Of a stretch of 64,000 nt of DNA, positions 19,289-29,149 are shown in pieces (positions within the stretch are counted from its first letter, which is position 1; each line of letters opens with the position of its first letter). Both the position numbers and the translations under genes were made by a program. This stretch comes from a virus (Duplodnaviria; Caudoviricetes), in the IMG/VR virus record IMGVR_UViG_2724679206_000002, positions 1 through 64,000 of that record; one strand, 5' to 3'. The notes beneath the pieces are model-generated. The model was not told the origin of the DNA. It ran no database searches and saw only the letters and a program-made list of their open reading frames with translations.

Positions 19289-19552
19289 TCATTCGTAGTG
19301 ATATCGACAAGCAATTATCGTTATCTCTGCGTCTGTTGCCGCATAAACTAGCCTATGCTGTTCATCTATCCTTCTGCTCCAAAATCCCGATAAATCACCG
19401 AGTAGAGCTTCAGGTTTTCCAATACCTTCAAAAGGTGTGCGTTGGCATTCCTTTATGAGGTTATTGATTCGCTTAAGCGTCTTTTTGTCTTGGCTTTGCC
19501 AAAATACATAATCATCCCAAGCTGAAGGGGTAAAGCTAGTCTTCCGTTTCAT
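19289..19552 (-). CDS. yoeB: YoeB/Txe toxin
   Basis: AWDDYVFWQ, PFEGIGKPEAL, WSRRIDEQHRLVY, CRYHY. Confidence 0.95.
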   Translation of the reverse strand: MKRKTSFTPSAWDDYVFWQSQDKKTLKRINNLIKECQRTPFEGIGKPEALLGDLSGFWSRRIDEQHRLVYAATDAEITIIACRYHYE

Positions 19553-19799
19553 CTAAAAGTTCTCTTTCGATTGCTTTAGATGCACGAAACTCTGCAATTG
19601 ATTTTGCAAGGTGTGCTGCATTCTTTGGCGAAGATATCAAATGTAATGTTTCCATTACGCTGTTGTAGTGGTCTTGACCCATCACAACCGCATGTTGACC
19701 TTCTTTGCGAGTAATAACGGCTACATCCGCATCATCAATAACTTTGTCTAAAACGGATTTTAGATTGTTACGTGCATCTGTATATGTAAATACTTGCAT
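19536..19799 (-). CDS. yefM: YefM/Axe antitoxin
   Basis: YTDARNNLKSVLDKV, ETLHLISSPKNA; GGAG RBS before ATG 19799. Confidence 0.95.
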   Translation of the reverse strand: MQVFTYTDARNNLKSVLDKVIDDADVAVITRKEGQHAVVMGQDHYNSVMETLHLISSPKNAAHLAKSIAEFRASKAIERELLDETED

Positions 19800-19839
19800 G
19801 AAAAACTCCATATATCTGCTAGGCGAGAGTTTTAGTAGG

Positions 19840-19883
19840 TGTACAATATTCTGTACATGTTTAATTGTACAGTTTTCTGTACA
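19840..19883. promoter_or_regulatory. YefM-type operator, four TGTACA cores
   Basis: TGTACA at 19840, 19852, 19866 and 19878 (two pairs, 12 bp apart within each pair). Confidence 0.85.
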
Positions 19884-19965
19884 GGCTGTAAAGCATCATG
19901 TCAGGGGTGTTATCTGGGGGAATTAACGCAAGATTGGGATTTGGGAGCCTGAAGAGGATGATCTA

Positions 19966-20035
19966 CTGGAACTGAAGGCTGAGACTCATAGATATTGCCC
20001 GACAATCATCCTATGTAAAAATAGGGTGATTTTTT
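19966..20035 (+). promoter_or_regulatory. Late promoter motif plus hairpin (tape measure)
   Basis: CTGGAAC-N28-GACAAT; AATCATCCTAT/ATAGGGTGATT. Confidence 0.75.
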
Positions 20036-22210
20036 ATGTCAAATTCTTCAAGTGGTTTGCAATATGACGAGCTTGGTTTTCTGATTGGCTTAAAACAGAC
20101 TGGCCGCGATGTGGCCAAGATTGATAAAAACGTAGAGCAGATAATCAGCCTGTTGGAGCAGGCATTGAATGCCAAGGCAATTCAATATCAGCATGCATCG
20201 CAGCCTAAGCTGAGCGCATTGGCGCAGGCCTTACAGGATGCACAACGGCAGCCCATTAGTGTCGAAAGCTTGATGAAGGAGCAACGGCAGGCCACTACTG
20301 CGATGAATCAAGTGCTTGAGAAGGTTGAAGACATTGTGGCTCAAGCGGCTAAGCCTGCAGACCGTAAAACCAAGCTTAAATTACCCGCTTTTCAAAAAGA
20401 ACCTATCGTCATTGATTCGCAAGAGAGTATTGCGCGCGAGTTGGGAACAGACCGCCAGCGTGATTCAAATGGCCGCTTTATTGGATCTGGCCAGCAAAGT
20501 GGAACAGCCTTAGGTAAAATTACGCAAACGATAGGTACAGCAATAGCCAATGGCTTAAACAGCTCTCCTCAGGGCGTAGACCCTACTATTGACGCCATTA
20601 ATGAGGTTGCCTCTGTATTATCGCCAGTGAAGCGCGCAGCAGGCTTTATGCTGCGCCCGCTAACCGGGCTGATGAAGAGCCGCAAACGCAGTGAGCCATT
20701 GCCTAAGGAAGAGAGTGAACATAATAAGAAGCAGATTAAGATGCTGCAGCGGATTGCAGACAATCTATCATCTAAAGGTGGCCTGCTGGGCGGCATTGGT
20801 AAACTTTTGGGTACAGGTGGCAGCCTTTTAGGTGGATTGCTGGGTAAAGGCGGTAAAGGTTTAGGAAAAATTCTTAAATTCGGTAAAGGCATACCGGTTT
20901 TAGGCGCTTTACTCACAGCACTGTCATTCAGCGACTGGAAGAGCCAAAGTACTAAAGAAAAGGGCGGCACAGTAGGCAGCCTTGCAGGCGGAACAATTGG
21001 AGCTGTAGCAGGAAGTTTTCTGGGGCCCGCTGGAACCCTTATAGGCGGAATGGCTGGCGCTTGGATCGGCGAAAAGCTTGGCAGTACTGTTGCGCCGTAT
21101 TTTAAGGAATGGACTGACAGTTTAAAGTCAGCTGATTTACCTAGCTTGCTTAAAAGCGGCTGGGACAGTTTTATTGATTTGGCGAAAAAGGCTTTTGACT
21201 TAACACCGGTCGGGCAGAGCGCCAATTTAATCAAAGGCGGGTACGATTGGATAAAACAGAAACTCTTTGGCAACAGTGGCGGTACATCGCTGTTATTTCG
21301 TAAACAATACGGCGGTCAGGGATTGGATGCGCCTGCGCAGTATGGCGGGGCGTCTTTAAATTCGTTTTCAGCGAGTGAATATGCACCAATATTAGATGAG
21401 ATTGCACGAGGAGAATCAACCAAAGGGGCATTCGGTACATCTGGATATGATGCCGTATACAGCGGTGCGCCGATTAGGCCGCCGAAACCCATTTCACAAA
21501 TGACTTTTGGTGAGGTTAAGGCTTATCAAAAGCAATTGATTAAAGCTGGCTCAAAATCGACAGGAGCAGGGCGATATCAGAATATTTGGAATAATGGTGC
21601 GTTTGCAAAAATGGCCTCACAAGCTGGATTTAAAGACAGTGATATCTACAACGCGGAAAATCAAGATAAGTTGGCAATTCATTATGCTGGCGGGAAGAAA
21701 CAATTAGATGAGTGGATTAGAACTGGAAATGCGGCAGCTTTAGCAAACAAAACGTCCCAACAATGGGCAGGAGTCAAAAATGCACGTGGAGTTGGGAACT
21801 ATGATGGTGATGGTTTAAATAAAGCCCGCCATGGTGGCATTGATGCAATGCGGAAGGCCAGTGAAGAGATTTTAAATAATAGGAAACAAACTGCGGGTTC
21901 AAAATCTCCAGTGAACAATCAGGCTGCATCAATCGTAAATAGTGCGAAAAATAATACGAATTCAATGCTTGCTTTAAAAACCTCTGAAACGCCTACGATT
22001 GCGCGGACAACATCCTTAGCTACATCATTTAGTGCACCTAAAATCAATACACATGTTGAGCCAGCCAAAGAATACCTATCTTCTCCAAGCCCTCAGCAAG
22101 TCGTTGTTGTAAATCAAAATAGTGGGAACATTAACCAAAATGTGAGCGATCGCTTATTAGCCCACGCTATTACTGGCGGACTTGGGATGGGGGATGTGTG
22201 GAATGGTTAA
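20036..22210 (+). CDS. Tape measure protein with lysozyme-like/transglycosylase domain
   Basis: Gly-rich hydrophobic repeats; IARGES...GYDAVY...MTFGEV...GAGRYQ...QDKLA. Confidence 0.75.
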   Translation: MSNSSSGLQYDELGFLIGLKQTGRDVAKIDKNVEQIISLLEQALNAKAIQYQHASQPKLSALAQALQDAQRQPISVESLMKEQRQATTAMNQVLEKVEDIVAQAAKPADRKTKLKLPAFQKEPIVIDSQESIARELGTDRQRDSNGRFIGSGQQSGTALGKITQTIGTAIANGLNSSPQGVDPTIDAINEVASVLSPVKRAAGFMLRPLTGLMKSRKRSEPLPKEESEHNKKQIKMLQRIADNLSSKGGLLGGIGKLLGTGGSLLGGLLGKGGKGLGKILKFGKGIPVLGALLTALSFSDWKSQSTKEKGGTVGSLAGGTIGAVAGSFLGPAGTLIGGMAGAWIGEKLGSTVAPYFKEWTDSLKSADLPSLLKSGWDSFIDLAKKAFDLTPVGQSANLIKGGYDWIKQKLFGNSGGTSLLFRKQYGGQGLDAPAQYGGASLNSFSASEYAPILDEIARGESTKGAFGTSGYDAVYSGAPIRPPKPISQMTFGEVKAYQKQLIKAGSKSTGAGRYQNIWNNGAFAKMASQAGFKDSDIYNAENQDKLAIHYAGGKKQLDEWIRTGNAAALANKTSQQWAGVKNARGVGNYDGDGLNKARHGGIDAMRKASEEILNNRKQTAGSKSPVNNQAASIVNSAKNNTNSMLALKTSETPTIARTTSLATSFSAPKINTHVEPAKEYLSSPSPQQVVVVNQNSGNINQNVSDRLLAHAITGGLGMGDVWNG

Positions 22211-22264
22211 TATTTTTTAATGCTTACGAGTGATTGTTCACCCGCCAATGGGTAATGGATGAGA

Positions 22265-22333
22265 TTGGAACAGTCTGAAAGATTACTAAAATAATCATTC
22301 AAAATTGCCCTATTCATCAATAGAGCTTTTTTT
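22265..22333 (+). promoter_or_regulatory. Late promoter motif plus hairpin
   Basis: TTGGAAC-N28-CAAAAT; GCCCTATT/AATAGAGC plus T run. Confidence 0.75.
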
Positions 22334-22840
22334 ATGGGCAATCTCAACCTTACAGCCATTACAGATCAAACGCCGTATATTCAAAAGATTAAAGGCGCTT
22401 TAGAAAAGGCGACAGGGCAATCGATTCCGTTGACCGAAATTAAGAAGGTACAGCGCAAAGGTGGCGTCAGTGTTGCTCCAATTATATTTTTATTTGCCGG
22501 CGGCCAAGAACTCACTCTATTTGCCCGCGCAAGTGCTGATGTGTTTAAAGCTTCGCTCAATGGCAAAGAAATTGTTCTGTCCGGTGACTTCAGTGATGAC
22601 TATAAACAGACATTTGATAACGCCGTATCCGGTATTGCTCAGTTGATCCGCACCGCACAGCCGAAGATTGAGCAGCAGAATAAAAAAGAAAAAGTGAATA
22701 TTCCACGGCGCAAGTCCAATAGCGTTCCTAAACAGCTGTCCGAAAAACTGGAGCAGGAAAAGCAACTGGATCAAGATGTCGCAGATATGACAGCACATCG
22801 TGATCAGCTACTGCAGCAGTTAAAGCAGGCTACCCCATAG
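22334..22840 (+). CDS. DarA-related / Hdf-like head protein
   Basis: F.GGQ.LT segment similar to FEDGQSIT of 53963-55579; C-terminal coiled coil. Confidence 0.55.
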   Translation: MGNLNLTAITDQTPYIQKIKGALEKATGQSIPLTEIKKVQRKGGVSVAPIIFLFAGGQELTLFARASADVFKASLNGKEIVLSGDFSDDYKQTFDNAVSGIAQLIRTAQPKIEQQNKKEKVNIPRRKSNSVPKQLSEKLEQEKQLDQDVADMTAHRDQLLQQLKQATP

Positions 22841-22848
22841 AAAATAAG

Positions 22849-22874
22849 TGTCGAACTTTCGGGGTTGCTGTTCA
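22849..22874. mobile_element. Solitary IS3-family (IS150-group-like) terminal inverted repeat
   Basis: TGTCGAACTTTCGGGGTTGCTGTTCA resembles TGTCCAACTTTTGGGGTGCAGTTCA-type ends; no transposase nearby. Confidence 0.5.
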
Positions 22875-23247
22875 ATGAAGGGTTTTTCGAGGCGGTTTTT
22901 CTTGCCGAATGGCTAAGAGGCTTGTTTAGGGGGGGCTAATCAAAGTTGTGAAACATTGATCAAAGAACAGGCGTGGAACATGAAGAATCCATAAAAAAAC
23001 CCATTCTGGAGGGAATGGGTCGAAAATAGAAATCTACAGCTTTGATTTCAAAGGGATATTATATATCATTTCGTATAACGCGTATTATGTTAATTTTAGG
23101 AAAATTTTATAATCTTTGTGAAAGTAACATAATAAAAGAAGCCTTAAATCATCACTATAAAACTTAGGCTCATACCGAATTTTTAATACTTTGTTTAGAA
23201 AACAAGATAAAGCTGATACATTAAAAATGACATTATAAAAAAGAAAG

Positions 23248-24462
23248 ATGGTGCCAGTGATGAAAATTAAACATCCCATTCTAAAATTAGTCGTAAGCTG
23301 CCTTTGCTTAAATTCAACATATGCAATAGCCTCTCCTATCTTTCTCAATAATGGTAAAGTCCAAACGTCTAATATCTCTAGCAAAACGCCAGGAACAATC
23401 TTATCCATAAAAGAAGAGAATATCGATCTATTTACGAATGCTTCACAGCGGTTCTTAATCACTTACCGTAGTCGCGGAGTACGGTCTGAACCAATTGTGA
23501 CTTCAGGATATCTCTTACTGCCTAAAGGTAAAGTTCCCCAAGGGGGTTGGCCTGTTCTTGCTTGGGCTCATGGTACAACTGGTGTAGCAGATACTTGTGC
23601 ACCTTCTGGAGATTATGCCGGTGGACCAGTCCATGTCTATCAACAAATTGCCGCTAAAGCACTAAATGCCTGGCTTGCTCGTGGATATGCAGTCGTCGCT
23701 CCTGATTATCAGGGTTTAGGTACCCCAGGTGGACATCCATATATGAATGCACAAAGCCAGTTGCACACTGTCGTTGATGCTGTCCGGGCAACCCACCTTT
23801 TAAAGCCTTATAAATTTAGTAAAAACTGGTATGTAATGGGGCATAGTCAAGGAGGCGCAGCATCTTTGAAGGTTGCAGCGGATGGCCAGAAAGATGCACC
23901 TGAACTCAATTTAAGAGGTGCCATTGCACTCGCACCAGGTGGCTATCAATACCAAGGAATCGCTGAATACGTAGCAACCCATTCTCAAATTGAAACAAGT
24001 GTTGCCGCATTTTTTCCAATCGTGCTTCTGGGAGCAGAAGCAGCAGATCCTAGCATAGCTCCAGCAAATTTAGTTAGCTCAGACATGGGGGAAATTCTAA
24101 ATTATGCACGTAATCGCTGTTTGTCAGAATTACAATCTGATCTAAAGACAGCACCTAAAACAGTTTTTAAACCGAATGTAAATTTGACACCTTTGACAAA
24201 TTATTTAAAAAAACAGTCTATTGATAATATGACACCTACTGTGCCGACTCTAATTGTACAAGGTGATAAAGATCAGCTTGTAGATTACAGTGGTACTTAT
24301 GCTTACTATCAGCAAATATGTAAGACGCAAAAACCTATTTCCTTTCACCCAGTCAAAAATGGAGATCATCGTGACTCTTTAAGACAAAGTGAATTCCTGA
24401 TTGGAAGCTTTATCAATTCAGTTGAACAAGGGAAAACTGTAAATACCTGCAATTCAAAATGA
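23248..24462 (+). CDS. Secreted lipase (LIP / alpha-beta hydrolase), moron
   Basis: Signal peptide, WAHGTTG, PDYQGLG, GHSQG nucleophile, QGDKD and GDH triad residues. Confidence 0.88.
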   Translation: MVPVMKIKHPILKLVVSCLCLNSTYAIASPIFLNNGKVQTSNISSKTPGTILSIKEENIDLFTNASQRFLITYRSRGVRSEPIVTSGYLLLPKGKVPQGGWPVLAWAHGTTGVADTCAPSGDYAGGPVHVYQQIAAKALNAWLARGYAVVAPDYQGLGTPGGHPYMNAQSQLHTVVDAVRATHLLKPYKFSKNWYVMGHSQGGAASLKVAADGQKDAPELNLRGAIALAPGGYQYQGIAEYVATHSQIETSVAAFFPIVLLGAEAADPSIAPANLVSSDMGEILNYARNRCLSELQSDLKTAPKTVFKPNVNLTPLTNYLKKQSIDNMTPTVPTLIVQGDKDQLVDYSGTYAYYQQICKTQKPISFHPVKNGDHRDSLRQSEFLIGSFINSVEQGKTVNTCNSK

Positions 24463-24555
24463 TACGGTAGATTTAGGATTTTGAACTCAAAATAAAGCTA
24501 TGCAGTAGAAGAGTTAAATATTTCTAGTTTTATATACAAATGGAAATAAATCAAA

Positions 24556-25332
24556 ATGATGCCACAAAGTTTATTATCACTGACGAATAAAATAGCACTT
24601 GTAACAGGCGGTGCAGCAGGTATTGGGAAAGCCAGCGCTCTTATTCTTGCACAAGCAGGCTCGGACGTTATGATTGCCGATTTAAATTTAGAAGTAGCTA
24701 AACATACAGCTGAAGAAATAAAGAAACTAACTGGACGCAACATAGAATATGTTGCATGCAATATTCTGCAAGATGATCAATTGGTCAATGCAGTGAATAA
24801 AACAATCGAAATTTTTGGTCACATTCACATCTTAGTTAACAATGCTGGAGGAGGTGGCGGTGGCCGTGAATCTCCTGATCAAATTACCATAGATACTATA
24901 GAACGTGATTTTCAGCTTAATGTGTTTGCTGCTTGGCGATTGTGTCAACTCGTCGCACCGCATATGAATAAAGCGGGTTACGGCTCAATAATAAATATCA
25001 GCTCTATGAGTTCAATTAACAAAAGCCCTGCTATGAGCGGATATGCATCATCAAAAGCAGCGTTAAATCATATGGTCGCTAATTTGGCACATGATTTTGG
25101 TCCGAATATACGTATTAATGCTGTAGGACCTGGAGCGATTCGTACCGCAGCACTAGAAAAAGTCCTGAAGCCTGAGATTGAAAAAAAGATGCTCTCCCAT
25201 ACACCATTGCAACGATTAGGTGAACCCGAAGATATCGCGAGAGCTGTATTATTCTTTGCCTCACCTATTTCATCATGGATTTCTGGACAAACCTTATTTG
25301 TAAATGGTGGTGGTGTACAAACACTTGATTAA
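24556..25332 (+). CDS. SDR oxidoreductase, 7-alpha-hydroxysteroid dehydrogenase-like, moron
   Basis: TGGAAGIG, NNAGGGG, SSMS, YASSKAA, GPGAIRT, SWISGQ...GGG; pattern close to HdhA. Confidence 0.8.
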   Translation: MMPQSLLSLTNKIALVTGGAAGIGKASALILAQAGSDVMIADLNLEVAKHTAEEIKKLTGRNIEYVACNILQDDQLVNAVNKTIEIFGHIHILVNNAGGGGGGRESPDQITIDTIERDFQLNVFAAWRLCQLVAPHMNKAGYGSIINISSMSSINKSPAMSGYASSKAALNHMVANLAHDFGPNIRINAVGPGAIRTAALEKVLKPEIEKKMLSHTPLQRLGEPEDIARAVLFFASPISSWISGQTLFVNGGGVQTLD

Positions 25333-25609
25333 AGAGTGCTGTCTAAAACCTAAAACTCTTATAACTTTAATATGAGGTGCAATCTGTATTTGGATGCATA
25401 GCAACAGGCCTAAAGTTGCTACACAGGTCTCAACTACCCACTATTTAACAAAATGGCGATTATACGCAGCCTAGGTGTGGTAATCCTCCAATAGAAAAGT
25501 AAGCTTTTGATACTCACTTAGAGACGTTCTTAGCTATTTGATATTACTGCTAGCCAGTATTTTATAAATTTTATTTAGTTCTAAAAGACTGCATAGGCGG
25601 TCTTTTTTA

Positions 25610-25678
25610 TTGGAACAAGTACGCTGGCTGCAGTCATAAAAATCTTACCCTAAGCATAAATAGCTTTAGGAACGGGTA
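25610..25678 (+). promoter_or_regulatory. Late promoter motif after a terminator (baseplate operon)
   Basis: TTGGAAC-N29-TACCCT; TTACCC/GGGTAA stem. Confidence 0.72.
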
Positions 25679-26032
25679 ATGCTGAATTTTGGTTTGAATG
25701 TACTGCTGGTCTTGCTCTTTTCAATGCATGTCTATTTCGCATTTAAGGGCTTTCGTGGCAGTAAAATACACCTCATGAATCTTCTGCGTCAGGGCGTCGT
25801 TGATAACGTTTTCAGACATTCACGGAAGATTCTGTATCTGCTTTTGATCCCTGCGGTTTTGATCACCGGCATTGCCACATGGTCTTTCTATAATGTGCTG
25901 ACTTTCTGCGGCGCGTCAGATCTTATTCTTTATATTATTCTGGGCACATTCACCTGTTATTCCATGACAGTGATAGCAGCATTCCTGTTCTGCAAAGTCC
26001 TGCAATTAGCAGCGCATAAGGCGGGGCTATGA
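25679..26032 (+). CDS. Membrane protein (about three TM helices)
   Basis: Hydrophobic segments; first gene after a late promoter. Confidence 0.65.
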   Translation: MLNFGLNVLLVLLFSMHVYFAFKGFRGSKIHLMNLLRQGVVDNVFRHSRKILYLLLIPAVLITGIATWSFYNVLTFCGASDLILYIILGTFTCYSMTVIAAFLFCKVLQLAAHKAGL

Positions 26033-26364
26033 TTGATCGTAATAAGATACTGGCCATGCTTGATCATTGGTTCAATTCTGAAATCAATGGTTACTTTGGC
26101 TCACCTTATGGGCCAGACCTGAACAGCCTGCTGATGGGGCCCCTAGATTCGCCCGTGGCGAATGAATTTATCAACAAGATGAAGCAGGACATTCCTATTC
26201 TTCAGCAGCTCAGTGCGGATGAGCTTGCGCTCTACAGCCAAAATAAAGGATTTGAAACCAAAGTCATTTATCTTAAAGTCGGTGATGTAGCGATTAACTT
26301 AAATCAGATCCGCGACAGCCAGCTGACAATGCAGGGGGAAACATACGATGCTGACGCAAGCTGA
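26029..26364 (+). CDS. Putative baseplate wedge protein (gp25/W-like)
   Basis: NGYFGSPYGPDL motif; position before the baseplate J-like gene. Confidence 0.55.
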   Translation: MIDRNKILAMLDHWFNSEINGYFGSPYGPDLNSLLMGPLDSPVANEFINKMKQDIPILQQLSADELALYSQNKGFETKVIYLKVGDVAINLNQIRDSQLTMQGETYDADAS

Positions 26365-27787
26365 TTTTGAGGCGCGTATTGTTGCCGCGCTGGATGATTA
26401 TGAAATTCAGGAACAATATAACGCGCAAGATCCATTGGTGATCCAGCAGATCCGCTCTATTGCTGCATTTCTGGCGTTGTTCAGTCAGGAAATTGATATT
26501 GCAGAGCTTGAGCCGTTTATTAAAACCCGCGACCGGTCAATTATTGCGGATGCGGCCAATAAAGGGATTCTGCCAATAGGAATGCCTGCGCAGCATATTC
26601 TGGAAGTGATCAACCGTGCAGGTAACAGCATCAGCTTAAGCCAAGGGCGCTTGATTGAAGATAACAGCGGCAGGCCATGGCGCCTGCTGCAATCTGTGAC
26701 TGTATCGACAGGTGAAACTGGGGAAGTACTGGCCGAGCAGAGTGAGTACAGAGAAGTCCAATACTCTGTACAAAACAGTGAAAGTTTCCATCGTACGCAA
26801 ATAAAATTGCAAGATGATTTGTCATTGGCCGGTCTTACAGTACGTGATGATCAAAACGATAATTATCTGCTTAAGAAACGCTGGATGAATGTTGCGCCTT
26901 TGGAATATGCATTCAATATAACCACGGACAGTCTGCGCCGTATCTTTATAGAATTTGGTGATGATGATCGCGCGGGATGTACGGCAAAAGCCAATCAAGT
27001 ATTTACATTTGGCATTCTGGAAACATACGGCGATGTTGATATTTCACGCCTGAAAGATGCCTCACTGGCCGATGTATTCAATGCAGATGAACAGCGCGTG
27101 TCTGTACGTTTTAAGCAGGGCGGTGCAGTGCGCCAGGGTGCCGATCCGCTGAATGTTTCCGAGCTGCGGGTACTGTCCAGCTATCCTTCGCTTTATGATG
27201 AAAACGCCGTGTTTCTGGGAAACTTTGATTATTCAGTGCGGGCTAAATTTATGCCGCGCGCTTATTACTTGGCAGTATGGAATGAAAATGAGCATGACCG
27301 CTACTATGGCGCGACTTATCAAGATATCAATCATTTGCATATTGCCGTCACTGCTAAAAACAGCGCTGAACAGGCAACTCTAGAACAGGAAATTATTCAG
27401 TACATCGGCCAGCTGGATAGCCTGTATAAAGACCGGGTCCGTGTGCATGCCGTTTTAGAAAAGCCATACGCCTTGTCGTTAAATGGCCGTCTGGCAGCCG
27501 TGCATGATTTGGATGGGGTGAAGGTTCAGATTAAAGGCCTGCTGGTAGACCGCTATGGCCAAACGAAATTAAGCGCAAGCCGATGGCTGGTGAATGGCTT
27601 CAATACGCAGGAAATATCCACCCAGCTGCGGAAGAACATTACCGCCTTTCAGGACAATATCAGCGACTTTTCACTGAGCGTGCCTGCAGTCTTAAATAAA
27701 CCGCATGAATGGGTGTACATCTCCAATGAAAGCATCACGCTAAAATTAGAACGAACTGCAGAGATGGGGGCAGCATGGGTACTGTAA
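26348..27787 (+). CDS. Baseplate protein (J/BplA-like)
   Basis: Size, IEFGDDDRAG and GADP motifs, synteny. Confidence 0.65.
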   Translation: MLTQADFEARIVAALDDYEIQEQYNAQDPLVIQQIRSIAAFLALFSQEIDIAELEPFIKTRDRSIIADAANKGILPIGMPAQHILEVINRAGNSISLSQGRLIEDNSGRPWRLLQSVTVSTGETGEVLAEQSEYREVQYSVQNSESFHRTQIKLQDDLSLAGLTVRDDQNDNYLLKKRWMNVAPLEYAFNITTDSLRRIFIEFGDDDRAGCTAKANQVFTFGILETYGDVDISRLKDASLADVFNADEQRVSVRFKQGGAVRQGADPLNVSELRVLSSYPSLYDENAVFLGNFDYSVRAKFMPRAYYLAVWNENEHDRYYGATYQDINHLHIAVTAKNSAEQATLEQEIIQYIGQLDSLYKDRVRVHAVLEKPYALSLNGRLAAVHDLDGVKVQIKGLLVDRYGQTKLSASRWLVNGFNTQEISTQLRKNITAFQDNISDFSLSVPAVLNKPHEWVYISNESITLKLERTAEMGAAWVL

Positions 27788-28404
27788 GCTTTACTCGCCC
27801 GATTGATCAGCAAGTCAATAATCATCAGGGCTTAGAAACGGCCTTGGCCAAGGCATTTAAGCAAGTCTTTGCAGATGTCTTTGAACAGCAGGTGAAGGAC
27901 ATGCTGGACTATGGCTGTCCGCACTTAGGCAGCCGAACAGTCATTGAACGCTTTTCTAAGCAGGATGGCCTTGTCGTGCTGCGCCGCCCATATACATCCG
28001 ATACGTTGATGCGGGTCATATATGCAAACTGGTCAAGTCTGGCCAGTGAGCGCGGTTTAGGCTTCTTGGAATTTGTATTGCGCATGATCTGGACAGATCA
28101 GTGGCAGATTAAGCGAATGTGGCATCCGATAAAAACCTATTTGAATTACCCAGCACATATTACGGTTGATGAAAAGCCAGAGCATTTCCTTACAAGCCGG
28201 CTGCGTATTTCAATTGAGGATACAGTTGATACTTCTGAAATTATTGAGCTGTCACCCATATTGCGCCGGCTTGTTCCCGCCAATGTTGTGGTAAAGGTAC
28301 ATTCAAAGGCTTTGGATGTTGAGTTGGGGGATAGCTCAATAGGTGTCGGGGTATATGGTCGGGTTTATCAGGTGATTGATTTCAGCGATTTGGAACTGAC
28401 GTAA
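27775..28404 (+). CDS. Putative baseplate/tail protein (gpI-like)
   Basis: RGLGFLEFVL...LRRLVPA; follows the J-like gene. Confidence 0.55.
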   Translation: MGTVSFTRPIDQQVNNHQGLETALAKAFKQVFADVFEQQVKDMLDYGCPHLGSRTVIERFSKQDGLVVLRRPYTSDTLMRVIYANWSSLASERGLGFLEFVLRMIWTDQWQIKRMWHPIKTYLNYPAHITVDEKPEHFLTSRLRISIEDTVDTSEIIELSPILRRLVPANVVVKVHSKALDVELGDSSIGVGVYGRVYQVIDFSDLELT

Positions 28405-28431
28405 ATATCCCAATCAGTTAAGTGTTTTTAT
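28390..28431 (+). promoter_or_regulatory. Late promoter motif (weaker -10) upstream of the Tad1-like gene
   Basis: TTGGAAC-N29-TTTTAT. Confidence 0.55.
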
Positions 28432-28475
28432 GGAGTCACTTTAAATTGATCGTGCATATTTTTTCAGGAGTGCCC

Positions 28476-28934
28476 ATGGCTGAAAATACAGATAAAAACT
28501 TACTGGCTATTACCGCAGATGCTGGAAGTGACCAAAATCTGATTGTTGAAGAATTTTTAGGTCACGCTAAAGCTGATTTAGATCCAGCTGTCATTGAGCA
28601 GGTACAGAACGGTGAACAGGTTGACGGCGTAACGGCGTATGCCCGCGGCAATTATTATAAAATTTCAGCAAATCCTGATTCCCCAGACTACATTGAGCCC
28701 TTTGATATTCATCTCCATTTCCAAGACGGTCCAACGGCTTTAGAAGGGGTAAACGGCGCAACAAATGAGGCGCTTTTAAAAGTGCTGATTCATCGAACTC
28801 AGATTTTAGACAGCCAATTCCCTTCAGAACATAACAAGCAGGCGATTGCAGCTATGGAAACAGCTCTGGCTGCATTTGATGCACGGACAACTGAACGGCT
28901 GACACGTGGTGTTGAAGGTCAGAAGGCGGAGTAA
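28476..28934 (+). CDS. Tad1-like cyclic-nucleotide sponge (anti-Thoeris/CBASS family)
   Basis: FQDGP...GVNGATNEALL.VLI.R...F....N..AI...E.AL....RT..R..RGVEG; AGGAG RBS. Confidence 0.75.
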   Translation: MAENTDKNLLAITADAGSDQNLIVEEFLGHAKADLDPAVIEQVQNGEQVDGVTAYARGNYYKISANPDSPDYIEPFDIHLHFQDGPTALEGVNGATNEALLKVLIHRTQILDSQFPSEHNKQAIAAMETALAAFDARTTERLTRGVEGQKAE

Positions 28935-28939
28935 TCATT

Positions 28940-29137
28940 ATGAAATCTAAATTAATGAGTGTTGCCTTATTGGGTGCATTAGCATGCGGTTTAAGTGTTC
29001 CTGCGGCAGCCATTCACAGCGGATCAAACACAGATAAATCACCGTATGCCTTCACCACGAAACGCAAAGCAAATGCAAAAGCCAATAAGGTCAGCCAGAA
29101 GAAAAAGCGCCTAAATGCGCGGCGTTTAGGCCGTTAA
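28940..29137 (+). CDS. Small protein with signal-like N-terminus and very basic tail
   Basis: MKSKLMSVALLGALAC..., KRKANAKANKVSQKKKRLNARR; GGAG RBS. Confidence 0.55.
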   Translation: MKSKLMSVALLGALACGLSVPAAAIHSGSNTDKSPYAFTTKRKANAKANKVSQKKKRLNARRLGR

Positions 29138-29149
29138 GGAGAATTGTCA

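Noticed and set aside
20569-21273. Long antisense ORFs within structural genes (also 39933-40343, 44201-44641, 34785-35132)
   Set aside because: Shadow frames of well-supported genes on the opposite strand
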